From positions 1 to 25,178 of the forward strand of contig CAYVTN010000001.1 in assembly GCA_964454395.1 (NCBI GenBank): a stretch of DNA of 25,178 nt, read 5' to 3'. Every line of letters begins with the position of its first letter. The stretch's first letter is position 1. Shown here one piece after another: positions 9,047 to 17,943 of this stretch. The stretch is from an uncultured bacterium (GTDB lineage Bacteria > Oederibacteriota > JAAXVQ01 > JAUVAV01). The notes beneath the pieces are model-generated. The model ran no database searches. It was given only the letters and a program-made list of their open reading frames with translations, and was not told the DNA's origin. The position numbers were made by a program, and so were the translations under genes.

Positions 9047-9250
9047 TCAGGGTATAATGGCGACCGATCTGGGCACTTCCGAAAGCTTCTGCAACCGTTT
9101 GGTGGCGGACATGACCATGATTTCGTCGCTGAACAACATGAGCTCCGTCACCTGCCCAAAACTGTCCAGAGCCTGAACCCCTTAAAATGAACTCAGAAGC
9201 GCTGAAGCAAATACCAGCATGGTTATAATTATTCTCATGAGAGCACGCAT
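9047..9250 (-). pseudogene. Truncated 5' remnant of a fourth TBDR paralog
   Basis: Hand translation: MRALMRIIITMLVFASALLSSF*GVQALDSFGQVTELMLFSDEIMVMSATKRLQKLSEVPRSVAIIP*. There is an in-frame TAA at codon 23, and homology to the paralogs stops at the start of the plug domain. Confidence 0.9.
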
Positions 9251-9486
9251 AATCCCGCCTCTTATCAAGCTTTCAAGGCAATGGAAGTTACGGCATTTTT
9301 TGCTTTCACTTGATAAATCCAGGCAGGTTTGGGCTCAAGCAGCAGCCTAAAGGCTATCCCAGCCCTTGGATTTTTGGGGGGATTCATTAAGGTGGCATCG
9401 AACATGGACTGAAGCAGCTATTGAATCTATGCAGGTCCGGGTTGAAGGCCGGATGGGTTTAACTGAGACGAGCGCGTTGGCATGCT

Positions 9487-9540
9487 GTTGAAAAAACCGG
9501 ATGGCTCTCTTCCCGGGCAACCTTGTAAGGATTTTTCAAC
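9487..9540. repeat. Inverted repeat GTTGAAAAA/TTTTTCAAC downstream of the SprA-like gene
   Basis: Perfect 9-bp arms at 9487-9495 and 9532-9540, extendable by CC/GG after one mismatch. It lies 24 nt after the stop codon and has no classical U-tract. Confidence 0.45.
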
Positions 9541-9564
9541 CATGTGTTAGAATTTGCATCGGAA

Positions 9565-12500
9565 TTAAAATACGGCCGTAATACCCGCTTTGACACTGAT
9601 GGCCCAATAATCGTGATCAACTTCAATGTGGTCAAAGTACCATTGATTGGTCACTTTGATATCGCCTTCCACATTGCGCCAGAGGGAGTAGTTGATGGTC
9701 GTATCATTGGTGTATTCGTTGACATTTTTATTGTAGAGGGACGTTTTGATGGGTTCGTTATGGTAATATTCTTTATTGTCGGTAAACTTGATATTAAAAT
9801 AATTGGTTAGCCTTAACGTTTGCTCAAGTTTAATCAAGGCGCCGTTAAAAGGCCAAAAATTGGGCAGCCGGATGGGATCTACCATGTTCAAATTATAGTT
9901 AAAAGAAATACCGGCATCGTATTCATTTTGCACCAGTTCCTTGCTCAAATCATCCCCCGAGGCCTGGTGCTGCGTCATCAATTTCCCGGTCAAGGTGCCA
10001 CTTAAATCCGCGGTAAGACGGAACGGAACGGTAAGCGAAGTGGTGTGGGTGGTATTAAGCGTGGAGACGACATTTTTGGCATTAAGCTGCTTGTTCAAAT
10101 CGTAACGGTAATCCAAATTGAGGGTTTGAAAAGCCAGCCAATCAAAAGACGGCACTTTGGACCAATTAAAAGTTCCGCCCAGGGACTCGGTCTCGGTCGT
10201 GATATAATTGTCCCGGGTATTCATGTTTTTGGTCCAGGTGGTGGAGTATTGCGGGGCCAGGGTGACATTGGGAATGAAATTGACACTGGTCGTAAGGCTG
10301 TCCGTCTTCTTTCTGGAGTTAATATACGCGTTGTTTAATTTTTCATCGTCATCCTGAAAGGTCTTGGGATCAATAAGCCATTGATCCTGAAAATCGAGTT
10401 GATCAATGGTTTGGTTGTCCTGTTCATATTTATAAGTCGCCGAACGGGTGTATGTTTCATTGAAACTGAATTGCGGGAAGGCATTCCATCCCAGGATATC
10501 CCCCAGATTAATGCCTGATTGGATGCTCAGGGTGCCCGGCGTGGAAAGTGAATCCTGAATATAATCGCGGTTATTGGTCATGGTATAACTCAGCGACGGT
10601 GAAAGCACGGGAATGCTGCTGATATTAACATTTAGTTTGGCAATCTTGTCCAATTGGGCATTGCGTAACTCATCGGATTTGTAACGATCCGCGGGATTGA
10701 GTTCATAATTGTCACGGTAATAATAACGATAGAGAGACAGAAAACCTCGGTTGCGGGTGCGTGAATAGGTAAATTGGGGGGTGAGGCGCAAAAACCGAAC
10801 GGGCGAATAGTTGCCGGAATAGGTGTAACTTTCCTCCCAACTGTGCTCCCACCGCGAATAATAGGCATCCCGGGCTGAAATGCTGTTGCTCAGGCTGTCG
10901 ATGTCTTCTTGATTATACATGGTATGGGTGTCGGTGTAAGTCAGTTTGCCGCTCACGGTGGTGGTGCCAATGGGAAAATTAAAGATCCTGTCCGGCAAGG
11001 AATAAGAAACCTGCGGATTGACCGACGAAGTTTCCTCGATACTGTTGGGCTGGGTGCGCTGTACAATATACTCACGCACGCTGCGGCTCCGGTTGGTGTG
11101 CACTGAAATATCAAGCCCGGGAATTTGGCTATATCCGATGCTGCCGGATAAGGTTTCAGTGGTCAAATCAGGGTTGGTAAAATTGTTGGAATAAGAAAAA
11201 TCGTCACGGTTTTCCTGCTCGGTGTAGCTTTCATTTCTGGACCAGCTCATCTCGACCGGCATAAAACTGAATTTGGTGAGCGACCCGGACACCTGCTCGC
11301 TGACCTGGCGCTGCTTGCCCACCGGCGATTGATCAATGGTAAAGAAGTCGGAATCCACGTCACGGTGGTCGGTACGGATGGTGAACACGTCACCCCACTT
11401 GGTGGCCGTGCTGACGCGGTAAGCCATTCCCTGCTTGGAGCGGGCGCCGGTCACACGCAGGTTGTTGATCCAAATGGCCTCCACCCCGGATGTGGCGTTG
11501 GGATTATAAACCCCGATGGAGATGGTTTTAATGTTATTGAGGCCGGGCAGGATATTTTCCCCGAACACTTCCTTCCTTTTCCCGTCGCTGTCGTCCAACT
11601 CCAAAGTGACCGTATTCCAGGCGCTTATGGGCTGCAATTGATCCAGGGGCAGGCGGTATTCATAATAATTATTGTCGTCAATGCCCAGGCGTACAAAGAC
11701 ATATTCCCCGGCCGCGGTCTGGGTCTGTTTATAAATATCAAGCCGCAAATAGCGGTAACGCGAATAATCATAACCCTGGCTGGCCGTGGTGAGCGTCCGG
11801 GTAAAATAATAGGCCGGCGTATTGCACTGGCTGTCCGCCGGATCGGTCACATCCCGGTTGGTCAGGTTATACTCCAATTTGAGTGATTTCTCGTTGAGCA
11901 ATTGTTGCTGTTCATTTTGTGTCTCATCAATGATGTAAAAATAAGTGTTAGGCACATACTGACTGTCGGTTTCCAGGCTGATGGCCGTGGTGTTGATTTT
12001 GTCGGAAGGCACGGCGCTGATGGAATTGCCCAGGCTATCCACGGCGCCCGGGGCAACCACAGGCTGCCATTTATTGCCGGTCAGATTAATGGATTCGAAT
12101 TGAACGTACCCGCTCTGGTCCGCCGCGCTCTGCCCGGTCATCCACATGCGGACATGTTTGACAAAACTCATAAAGGCCTGGTCCTGCGGGTTGATATTGA
12201 CCGCGCCGCTGGTGGTGGTAAAGGCACTCAGGGGAATTTTATAGATATGCCAGCCCGGCTGCAGGTTAACACTGTATTCATAGTAGCTCTCCACCGTGTC
12301 CAACTGGTCGTTATTATCCATATCCTCGTTGTCTATCTGACTGTTGCCGTCTCCCCAGTAACCGGCGGGCGCACCCTGGGGAAAAATCCCTTCTCCGATG
12401 TTCCCGGCTGTCTGATCCCGGCCAATGACAGGCTGATTGGTGATGGGATCGTAGCCTACAATGGTATTAACCGGTCCCACGTCATAGCCCTCTATTTTTT

Positions 12501-15500
12501 TCTGACGGTCCCCTTCAAAATTGAGCTTCCCGTTGCCATTGCTGTCTTCGCTGACCAGCCCCAGATCCACATTAAGCTTAACGGCGGTGGATGACGGTGC
12601 GGAGGAATAGATAACCATTTCCAGGAACCGGTATTCATGCAGGTTGGACCCGGAACTGCTCAAAGGATAGACAAAGCCGTCCCAGCGGTTGCTGTTAAGG
12701 CCGTTGTATTCCCAGCGCAACTGGTGCTTTTTATCATTGCTGTCCACCGGCGTGCGCCCGTACTCATAGACCACGGACGGTTTGATGTACTTGCGCTGGT
12801 TCGGATCAGGAAAACTGCCGGTGGAAGGCCGGCTGGAGGGCGACCAGATATTGTTGGCATTGGCGCCGACAGGCAAAGAGAGCACATTGTCCGACCCGTC
12901 CATGTTGTCCACCATGGCCACGCCGTCTTCCCCGGCTTTGCGGTAAGTGTTCAATTCATAGTGGCTGTAGGCGCCCTCAGCCGACACATTAACCGAGAGC
13001 GGTATCTTGGCGTCTCCGAAAAGAGGATGCAACATGTCGGAAAAATCCTTGGGGTTGAGGTTGAGTTGCATATCGGCGTCGTAGATGGCAAGGGATGTGG
13101 GCGCTGAATTGACATCGGGAATATCCAGCGGCGTTTGGCTGGCATTGTATAAAAAAGTGGATCCTATGGTCAGCCGCTTGTCGATAACATCATATTCCGC
13201 CCGGGCGCCGAATAAATTGGTCTGATATTGCCCGCCAAAAGGCAGGTATTCGTAGGTAATGCTGATATCACTGCTGCTGGCAATACTGTCGGGGTTAAGA
13301 AAGGTGATGAAGCCCGTATCGTAATCGATGAAGTAATCCGTGTTGCGTTGCATTTTCAACCCGTCCTTGCGGATCACTTCCGAATCCTTGATGACATTCC
13401 AATGGGAAAGGTTGAAAGTGGAAATGGTGTTTTTAAATTCCACATGAATGGAGATGTTGTTGGCAATGCTGTTGTTGCTGCCGCCAAGGGTGGTGTTGTA
13501 AACCGAACTGTAGGCGTCTTTCAGGCTGTTGTTATAAGCATCCGATTTATAGCGCAGCGACGGATTCCCGAGGGTGTCGGCGGTAAAGGGATAATCATGC
13601 CTGAAGGTAATGGTGCCGAAGGTGGAATCAATCGTGTAAATCTTTTCGGCATTCAGGGTATCCGTGGGCAGGGGCAAGGAATACTCTTCGCCGTCACTTT
13701 TGGTTATTTTCATGACAAAATCACGGTCACTCTGGGGATCCACAATGTTCTGATAGCCCAGAGTATAGCGCTGCATGAGCATCATGATGTAATTATTGGA
13801 GAGGGCGGGATTGCTGGTATTGTAGTCCTGAATAAGGTGGGCGTTGTCATTGGTCTTGCCGTCAGTGGGAACATTGAGGGTGCTGTAATCCAGATTAATC
13901 TCCCCGTTGAGGTCATAACCCACGCTGTGTTCCGCGCCGGCGTTGTCCGTGTAGCGGTAGGCCACGGCCACAGACCAGGTCTGGGCAACCGGCTGGGTAA
14001 AGGTTACAATGCCCAACTGATAGTCCACCGTATAATCGATGCCCGGAGAAAGGCGGTTGTAAAAAATATTGTCGGTGGGCGCATTACTGGCCGGCCGGGA
14101 ATTGGTGTCATTCACGCCGTTGCGCACCCAAATCTCGACCGATTGGGGCACAATGCCGTGAATCGTCTGGTTAGGGTTGCTGCTGCTGTAAAAGTCCTGT
14201 TTGGAGTTATAAATAGGCAGGTTATAATTATTGACCTGAGCGGGCCAATCCTTGGTTAAATAATAATACCGGTAGGCCACAAAACTGGTGTCCGGAATGT
14301 CGATTTTTTTGGGGGACGTATTGCCTTTGAAACTCTCGGTGACCGTGATGCCCTTGGTTTGCGCGCCAATGGCGGTAAGGTTAAAGCCACCGTAGCCTAC
14401 CTTGACCTTGGCGCCAAAGAGATTTTTGTTGTACCCCGCAAATTCGGTCTTATCCAGATCCAGGTTAATGTCGCCAAAGGCTGCTTCCTGGACCACTTCA
14501 TCCGGATCCCCGGCGTACTTGATGGAAATTTTGCGCTGTTCCTCCTGGGTGTCGTCATAATCCACGTCCACCGTGATTTTTTTGCCCACTTTGCCTTCCA
14601 GGCGCACCTGTAGCTCCTGCTCCAGGTTAAACCCTTTTGTCAACCCTGAACCCAAAGCAGGTATGGGATTAGCGTCATCGGATTTGCTCAAACTGACGAT
14701 ATCAGTGTATCCAATATCAATTTTTTTCCGTCCTGATATCGTCAGGGATGAATTGGGTGGCAGCCCGGGAATGGCGGTGGAGAGAATCCCCTGTTTGGGA
14801 ATGGCGACGGGTTTGAGGGGTGAAGCCGTGACTTCCTCCGAAGGCGGGCTTTCATGATCCTGATTATCCACAGCCTTCACCAGGTAGGTATATTCCCTCC
14901 CCAGAATAGGTTTGGTGGTGCTGTTTTCCTCCGAGTCCACAAAGGTGGTTCCAGCCACCATTTTTTTGTTAATGGGCTCCCCGTAACCGGTCTCCTTGTC
15001 ACTTTTCCGGTAGATTTGATAGCCTTTCAGGCCATAACTGCCTGCGGTGGAAGGGGCCCAAGTCAAGCTGATCATGTCATCCGATTTCGGAGTGGCGTCG
15101 GGTTGCAGCGGCGAGGTGGGCGGAGCAAAAGGCGTGCTCTCCACCGCCACGGCCGGTTGGGAACGGTTGCCGGCATTGTCCTGGGCAAAGAAGGTGTAGT
15201 AATAGGTCCTGCCATTGACCAAGCCATGTTGGTTGTCGCCGCGATCGGTGTACGCCTCCGCTTTCAGGGGTTCGGTAAATAAAGGTTCTCCCAGTTGTCC
15301 TTTTTCAGTGGACCGGTAAATCATATAACCGCACAAGCCGAATTCCCCGCCTGAAAAAGAAGGCAACCATTTCAGATGCACTGATTGGTTGCCGGCCGTG
15401 GCTTCTACGGCCCCTGGTTGGCAAAGCATGGGAATATTCAGTACCTTAAGCGGTGTGGAGGAGGAGTTACCCCGGCCGTCGATGCTGATAACGCTGTAAT

Positions 15501-16008
15501 AGTAGGTCTTGCCATTTTCAGGCGGACTGGTGGAAAAGCCGGACACGTCCAGGAAATACTCATCCATCAGAGGGGAAGGATTGACCGGCGCCGGCCAGTC
15601 CGCAGCCCAGTAACCCGTAAGTGGAGATTCTGCGCGGAACAACTGGTATTTGGGTTTACTGCCGTTGATCAAGGGAGCCGGTTCCCAGGCAATTAACACG
15701 CGGTCGCCGCCGCTTCGGGCCTCCAGCCCGGTTGGCGGCATCAGAACACTATTGTTAACCGCCGTAGTGACCGTATTGCCCGTGCTGGAAGCTGTTGCCG
15801 GGGTGGATGGATTAAGGCTTCCGGACGTCGCGGCTGCAGTCGGTGTGGCCACGGCTGCGGTTGGAGCCGACACGGCTTCAGTTGGCTTTGCCACGGGCTC
15901 TGAGGCCGCCGGCTGGGCAGCCCAAAGAGCGGACCAACTTACTATGACAGCAAGGAATAACAAAGACGTTATTCCGGCACTAACCCTCAAGACGCGTTTC
16001 AAGAACAT
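9565..16008 (-). CDS. sprA: SprA/Sov-like large outer-membrane beta-barrel protein (T9SS translocon family) with an N-terminal linker and three FN3 domains
   Basis: Signal peptide, then motifs in the order I recall for SprA: LQVRLEGKVGKKITVDVDYD, ISIKYAGDPDEVVQEAAFGDI, GAKVKVGYG, GIDYTVDYQLGIVTF, NTDYFIDYDTGFITFLNP, GARAEY..IGSTFLY, VKHVRMW, NYYEYRLPL, WINNLRV. It ends in amphipathic strands and a terminal Phe (AGITAVF). TTG at 16002 is an alternative start, with GGAGG 6 nt upstream. Confidence 0.75.
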   Translation of the reverse strand: MFLKRVLRVSAGITSLLFLAVIVSWSALWAAQPAASEPVAKPTEAVSAPTAAVATPTAAATSGSLNPSTPATASSTGNTVTTAVNNSVLMPPTGLEARSGGDRVLIAWEPAPLINGSKPKYQLFRAESPLTGYWAADWPAPVNPSPLMDEYFLDVSGFSTSPPENGKTYYYSVISIDGRGNSSSTPLKVLNIPMLCQPGAVEATAGNQSVHLKWLPSFSGGEFGLCGYMIYRSTEKGQLGEPLFTEPLKAEAYTDRGDNQHGLVNGRTYYYTFFAQDNAGNRSQPAVAVESTPFAPPTSPLQPDATPKSDDMISLTWAPSTAGSYGLKGYQIYRKSDKETGYGEPINKKMVAGTTFVDSEENSTTKPILGREYTYLVKAVDNQDHESPPSEEVTASPLKPVAIPKQGILSTAIPGLPPNSSLTISGRKKIDIGYTDIVSLSKSDDANPIPALGSGLTKGFNLEQELQVRLEGKVGKKITVDVDYDDTQEEQRKISIKYAGDPDEVVQEAAFGDINLDLDKTEFAGYNKNLFGAKVKVGYGGFNLTAIGAQTKGITVTESFKGNTSPKKIDIPDTSFVAYRYYYLTKDWPAQVNNYNLPIYNSKQDFYSSSNPNQTIHGIVPQSVEIWVRNGVNDTNSRPASNAPTDNIFYNRLSPGIDYTVDYQLGIVTFTQPVAQTWSVAVAYRYTDNAGAEHSVGYDLNGEINLDYSTLNVPTDGKTNDNAHLIQDYNTSNPALSNNYIMMLMQRYTLGYQNIVDPQSDRDFVMKITKSDGEEYSLPLPTDTLNAEKIYTIDSTFGTITFRHDYPFTADTLGNPSLRYKSDAYNNSLKDAYSSVYNTTLGGSNNSIANNISIHVEFKNTISTFNLSHWNVIKDSEVIRKDGLKMQRNTDYFIDYDTGFITFLNPDSIASSSDISITYEYLPFGGQYQTNLFGARAEYDVIDKRLTIGSTFLYNASQTPLDIPDVNSAPTSLAIYDADMQLNLNPKDFSDMLHPLFGDAKIPLSVNVSAEGAYSHYELNTYRKAGEDGVAMVDNMDGSDNVLSLPVGANANNIWSPSSRPSTGSFPDPNQRKYIKPSVVYEYGRTPVDSNDKKHQLRWEYNGLNSNRWDGFVYPLSSSGSNLHEYRFLEMVIYSSAPSSTAVKLNVDLGLVSEDSNGNGKLNFEGDRQKKIEGYDVGPVNTIVGYDPITNQPVIGRDQTAGNIGEGIFPQGAPAGYWGDGNSQIDNEDMDNNDQLDTVESYYEYSVNLQPGWHIYKIPLSAFTTTSGAVNINPQDQAFMSFVKHVRMWMTGQSAADQSGYVQFESINLTGNKWQPVVAPGAVDSLGNSISAVPSDKINTTAISLETDSQYVPNTYFYIIDETQNEQQQLLNEKSLKLEYNLTNRDVTDPADSQCNTPAYYFTRTLTTASQGYDYSRYRYLRLDIYKQTQTAAGEYVFVRLGIDDNNYYEYRLPLDQLQPISAWNTVTLELDDSDGKRKEVFGENILPGLNNIKTISIGVYNPNATSGVEAIWINNLRVTGARSKQGMAYRVSTATKWGDVFTIRTDHRDVDSDFFTIDQSPVGKQRQVSEQVSGSLTKFSFMPVEMSWSRNESYTEQENRDDFSYSNNFTNPDLTTETLSGSIGYSQIPGLDISVHTNRSRSVREYIVQRTQPNSIEETSSVNPQVSYSLPDRIFNFPIGTTTVSGKLTYTDTHTMYNQEDIDSLSNSISARDAYYSRWEHSWEESYTYSGNYSPVRFLRLTPQFTYSRTRNRGFLSLYRYYYRDNYELNPADRYKSDELRNAQLDKIAKLNVNISSIPVLSPSLSYTMTNNRDYIQDSLSTPGTLSIQSGINLGDILGWNAFPQFSFNETYTRSATYKYEQDNQTIDQLDFQDQWLIDPKTFQDDDEKLNNAYINSRKKTDSLTTSVNFIPNVTLAPQYSTTWTKNMNTRDNYITTETESLGGTFNWSKVPSFDWLAFQTLNLDYRYDLNKQLNAKNVVSTLNTTHTTSLTVPFRLTADLSGTLTGKLMTQHQASGDDLSKELVQNEYDAGISFNYNLNMVDPIRLPNFWPFNGALIKLEQTLRLTNYFNIKFTDNKEYYHNEPIKTSLYNKNVNEYTNDTTINYSLWRNVEGDIKVTNQWYFDHIEVDHDYWAISVKAGITAVF

Positions 16009-16380
16009 CCTCCAATTGCACTACACCTTTGTAAAACAAGGTCACTGGTTGCGGAACCGGGTGGAAACCTATCTTTTTGGTGTACAGATCATTAATATTG
16101 ACAGTTTATCATTATCTTCTTACAAATAACCTTTCAAAATATCATTGATGAAATTTTCCCTAAAAATCTGGTTCCTTTATTATCCCCGACCTTTTGGGTA
16201 GTGGCAAGTTTATTCTCTATTAGCTTTAAAAATCAAAGCCATTATATTTGTCCATTGTATATTAACGGCGATTTTAGTAAAATTCCTAACATATATGATT
16301 TCCGGGGAAATGTATTTTCGTACCTGCCGGGATGGTCATTTTTGGTTCAATCCCCTACATGGGCCGGCAATGTCCGCACA

Positions 16381-16415
16381 AGGCAGGGGCTCAAGATGCT
16401 GCCGAGCCCCTGCTT
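16381..16415 (+). promoter_or_regulatory. GC-rich hairpin just upstream of the glycosyltransferase RBS
   Basis: GCAGGGGCTC (16383-16392) / GAGCCCCTGC (16404-16413) form a perfect 10-bp stem with an 11-nt loop. The GAGGAG RBS follows at 16423-16428. Confidence 0.4.
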
Positions 16416-16434
16416 CAATTCTGAGGAGTTTGTC

Positions 16435-17943
16435 TTGAAATTAACCTCTACCGCAAAATTTTATCTCACCCTGGCGCTCCTGACGGTTTTCAGGCTTTTG
16501 ATCATCGGCCATTTTGAATTGGCTCCTGACGAGGCCTATTACTGGACCTGGTCGCAGCATCTGGACTGGTCCTATTATGACCAGGGGCCCATGCTGGCGC
16601 TTGTTATCAAAGCCTTCACCTTGCTCTCCGGCCATGTCAGCGAATGGTCCGTGCGCCTCGGTTCGGTGCTCCTTTCCGTCATTAGTTCCATGTTGATTTT
16701 CTATACCACCAAAAGGCTTTTCCGGAGCGAGCGTGCCGCTTGGCTGGCTTTTTTAGGGCTTAACATCACTTTGCTTTTTTCAGCCGGCGCCCTTTTAATG
16801 ATGCATGACAGCATCATGGTCATGTTTTGGATGGCAGCCCTTTATTTCTTTTACCGGGCCGTGGTGGAAAACCGGCACTGGGCTTGGGGGTTGGGCGCCT
16901 TGATGTTGGGCCTGGGCGGGCTTTCCAAATATACCATGGCTTTGTTCGTTCCCGGTCTGTTGTTGTTTCTGCTGCTTTCTCCCCAAGGCCGGGCTTTTTG
17001 GAAAAAACCTTACCTGTACCTGGCCGGAGCACTGACCATAATTCTGGTCTCGCCCATTGTTTTCTGGAACATTGCCCACCATTGGGCATCCTTTAACCAT
17101 ATCGGGGATCTGGGCGGCGTGCATCAACGCCACTGGTTGCATATTAAATCCGTGGGCGATTTTTTGGGCGGCCAACTGGGCGTATTGTCGCCGTTGATGG
17201 GCCTGTTTTGCCTGGCCGCACCCTGGATCGGATGGCAAGAATGGCGGAAAAAGGGGGATTATGCCCAAGCCTATCTTTGGCTGTTTTCCTTTTCCGCACC
17301 AACCCTGCTGTTCTTTTTCCTGTTGTCCTTTAAAACCGAGGTTTACGCCAACTGGCCCGCCCCGGCTTATCCGGCGGCCTTGATGCTGCTGGCCGGCTGG
17401 ACGGACAGGTTGTTGCAGGGTCCGATGGGCCGGCGTACCAAAACATGGCTGGCCGCGACGCTGATCGTTTCCTTTATTTTTACCGGTGTGGCCCATCTGC
17501 AAGTGCTCCATCCCTTCCTGCCCCTTACCGGCAGGGCGGCTGATTCCGTCAATCGTATCCGCGGTTGGCGCGAAGTGGGCACCCAGGCCGGCATCTGCCT
17601 GCGGCAATTGCAAAAGCAAAGCCAAGCGCCCGTTTTTTTGGCTGCCCGGCGTTATCAAATCGCGGGGATTCTTTGGTTTTACACCCCCGGCCATCCTGAA
17701 GTTCAGTTGCTGGCGCGGTATGATCCTGCCAAAAGCCAGTTTCAAATTTGGGACCGCAGGGATCAACTGGCAGGTCATAATGCGGTCTACGTTTGTCAGG
17801 ATCAGTGGGAAGTGGATCATGTACGCCGTTTTTTTGAAAAAGTGGTGGCGTTGCCCGACTTTGAGGTCATCCGTGGCCGTGACCACATCAGAACCATCAA
17901 ATATGTTTTCTGCTATCATTTCAAAGCCGGGAAGCAGCAGTGA
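16435..17943 (+). CDS. Membrane glycosyltransferase, GT-C fold (ArnT/PMT_2, GT39/GT83-like); start revised from 16201 to TTG 16435
   Basis: APDEAYYWTWSQHLDWSYYDQGP motif after the first TM, SVRLGSV, LGLGGLSKYT and many TM helices. RBS GAGGAG lies 6 nt before the in-frame TTG. The upstream ORF extension has no family features. Confidence 0.85.
   Translation: MKLTSTAKFYLTLALLTVFRLLIIGHFELAPDEAYYWTWSQHLDWSYYDQGPMLALVIKAFTLLSGHVSEWSVRLGSVLLSVISSMLIFYTTKRLFRSERAAWLAFLGLNITLLFSAGALLMMHDSIMVMFWMAALYFFYRAVVENRHWAWGLGALMLGLGGLSKYTMALFVPGLLLFLLLSPQGRAFWKKPYLYLAGALTIILVSPIVFWNIAHHWASFNHIGDLGGVHQRHWLHIKSVGDFLGGQLGVLSPLMGLFCLAAPWIGWQEWRKKGDYAQAYLWLFSFSAPTLLFFFLLSFKTEVYANWPAPAYPAALMLLAGWTDRLLQGPMGRRTKTWLAATLIVSFIFTGVAHLQVLHPFLPLTGRAADSVNRIRGWREVGTQAGICLRQLQKQSQAPVFLAARRYQIAGILWFYTPGHPEVQLLARYDPAKSQFQIWDRRDQLAGHNAVYVCQDQWEVDHVRRFFEKVVALPDFEVIRGRDHIRTIKYVFCYHFKAGKQQ

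Noticed and set aside
9182-9184. Stop-codon reassignment or readthrough of TAA in the TBDR remnant
   Set aside because: TAA ends intact genes here (all three TBDRs, lptG, the kinase), and the remnant is truncated shortly after anyway.
9251-9480. Cobalamin or TPP riboswitch upstream of the TBDR array
   Set aside because: I found no B12-box or TPP consensus on the minus strand by eye. An Rfam scan would settle it.
13228-14259. 343-aa + strand ORF and other long ORFs antisense to the SprA-like gene and TBDRs
   Set aside because: These are shadow ORFs opposite well-supported genes, with no motifs or RBS.
16098-16116. Fur box (GATAATGATAA on the minus strand)
   Set aside because: Only 13/19 match, and the second half-site is absent.
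16201-16434. N-terminal extension of the glycosyltransferase ORF, and likewise 18989-19135, 8987-9037 and 24817-24924
   Set aside because: Downstream starts have better RBS or coupling and coincide with where family homology begins.
16795-17919. 374-aa minus-strand ORF
   Set aside because: It lies entirely antisense to the glycosyltransferase and is explained by the codon bias of the sense gene.
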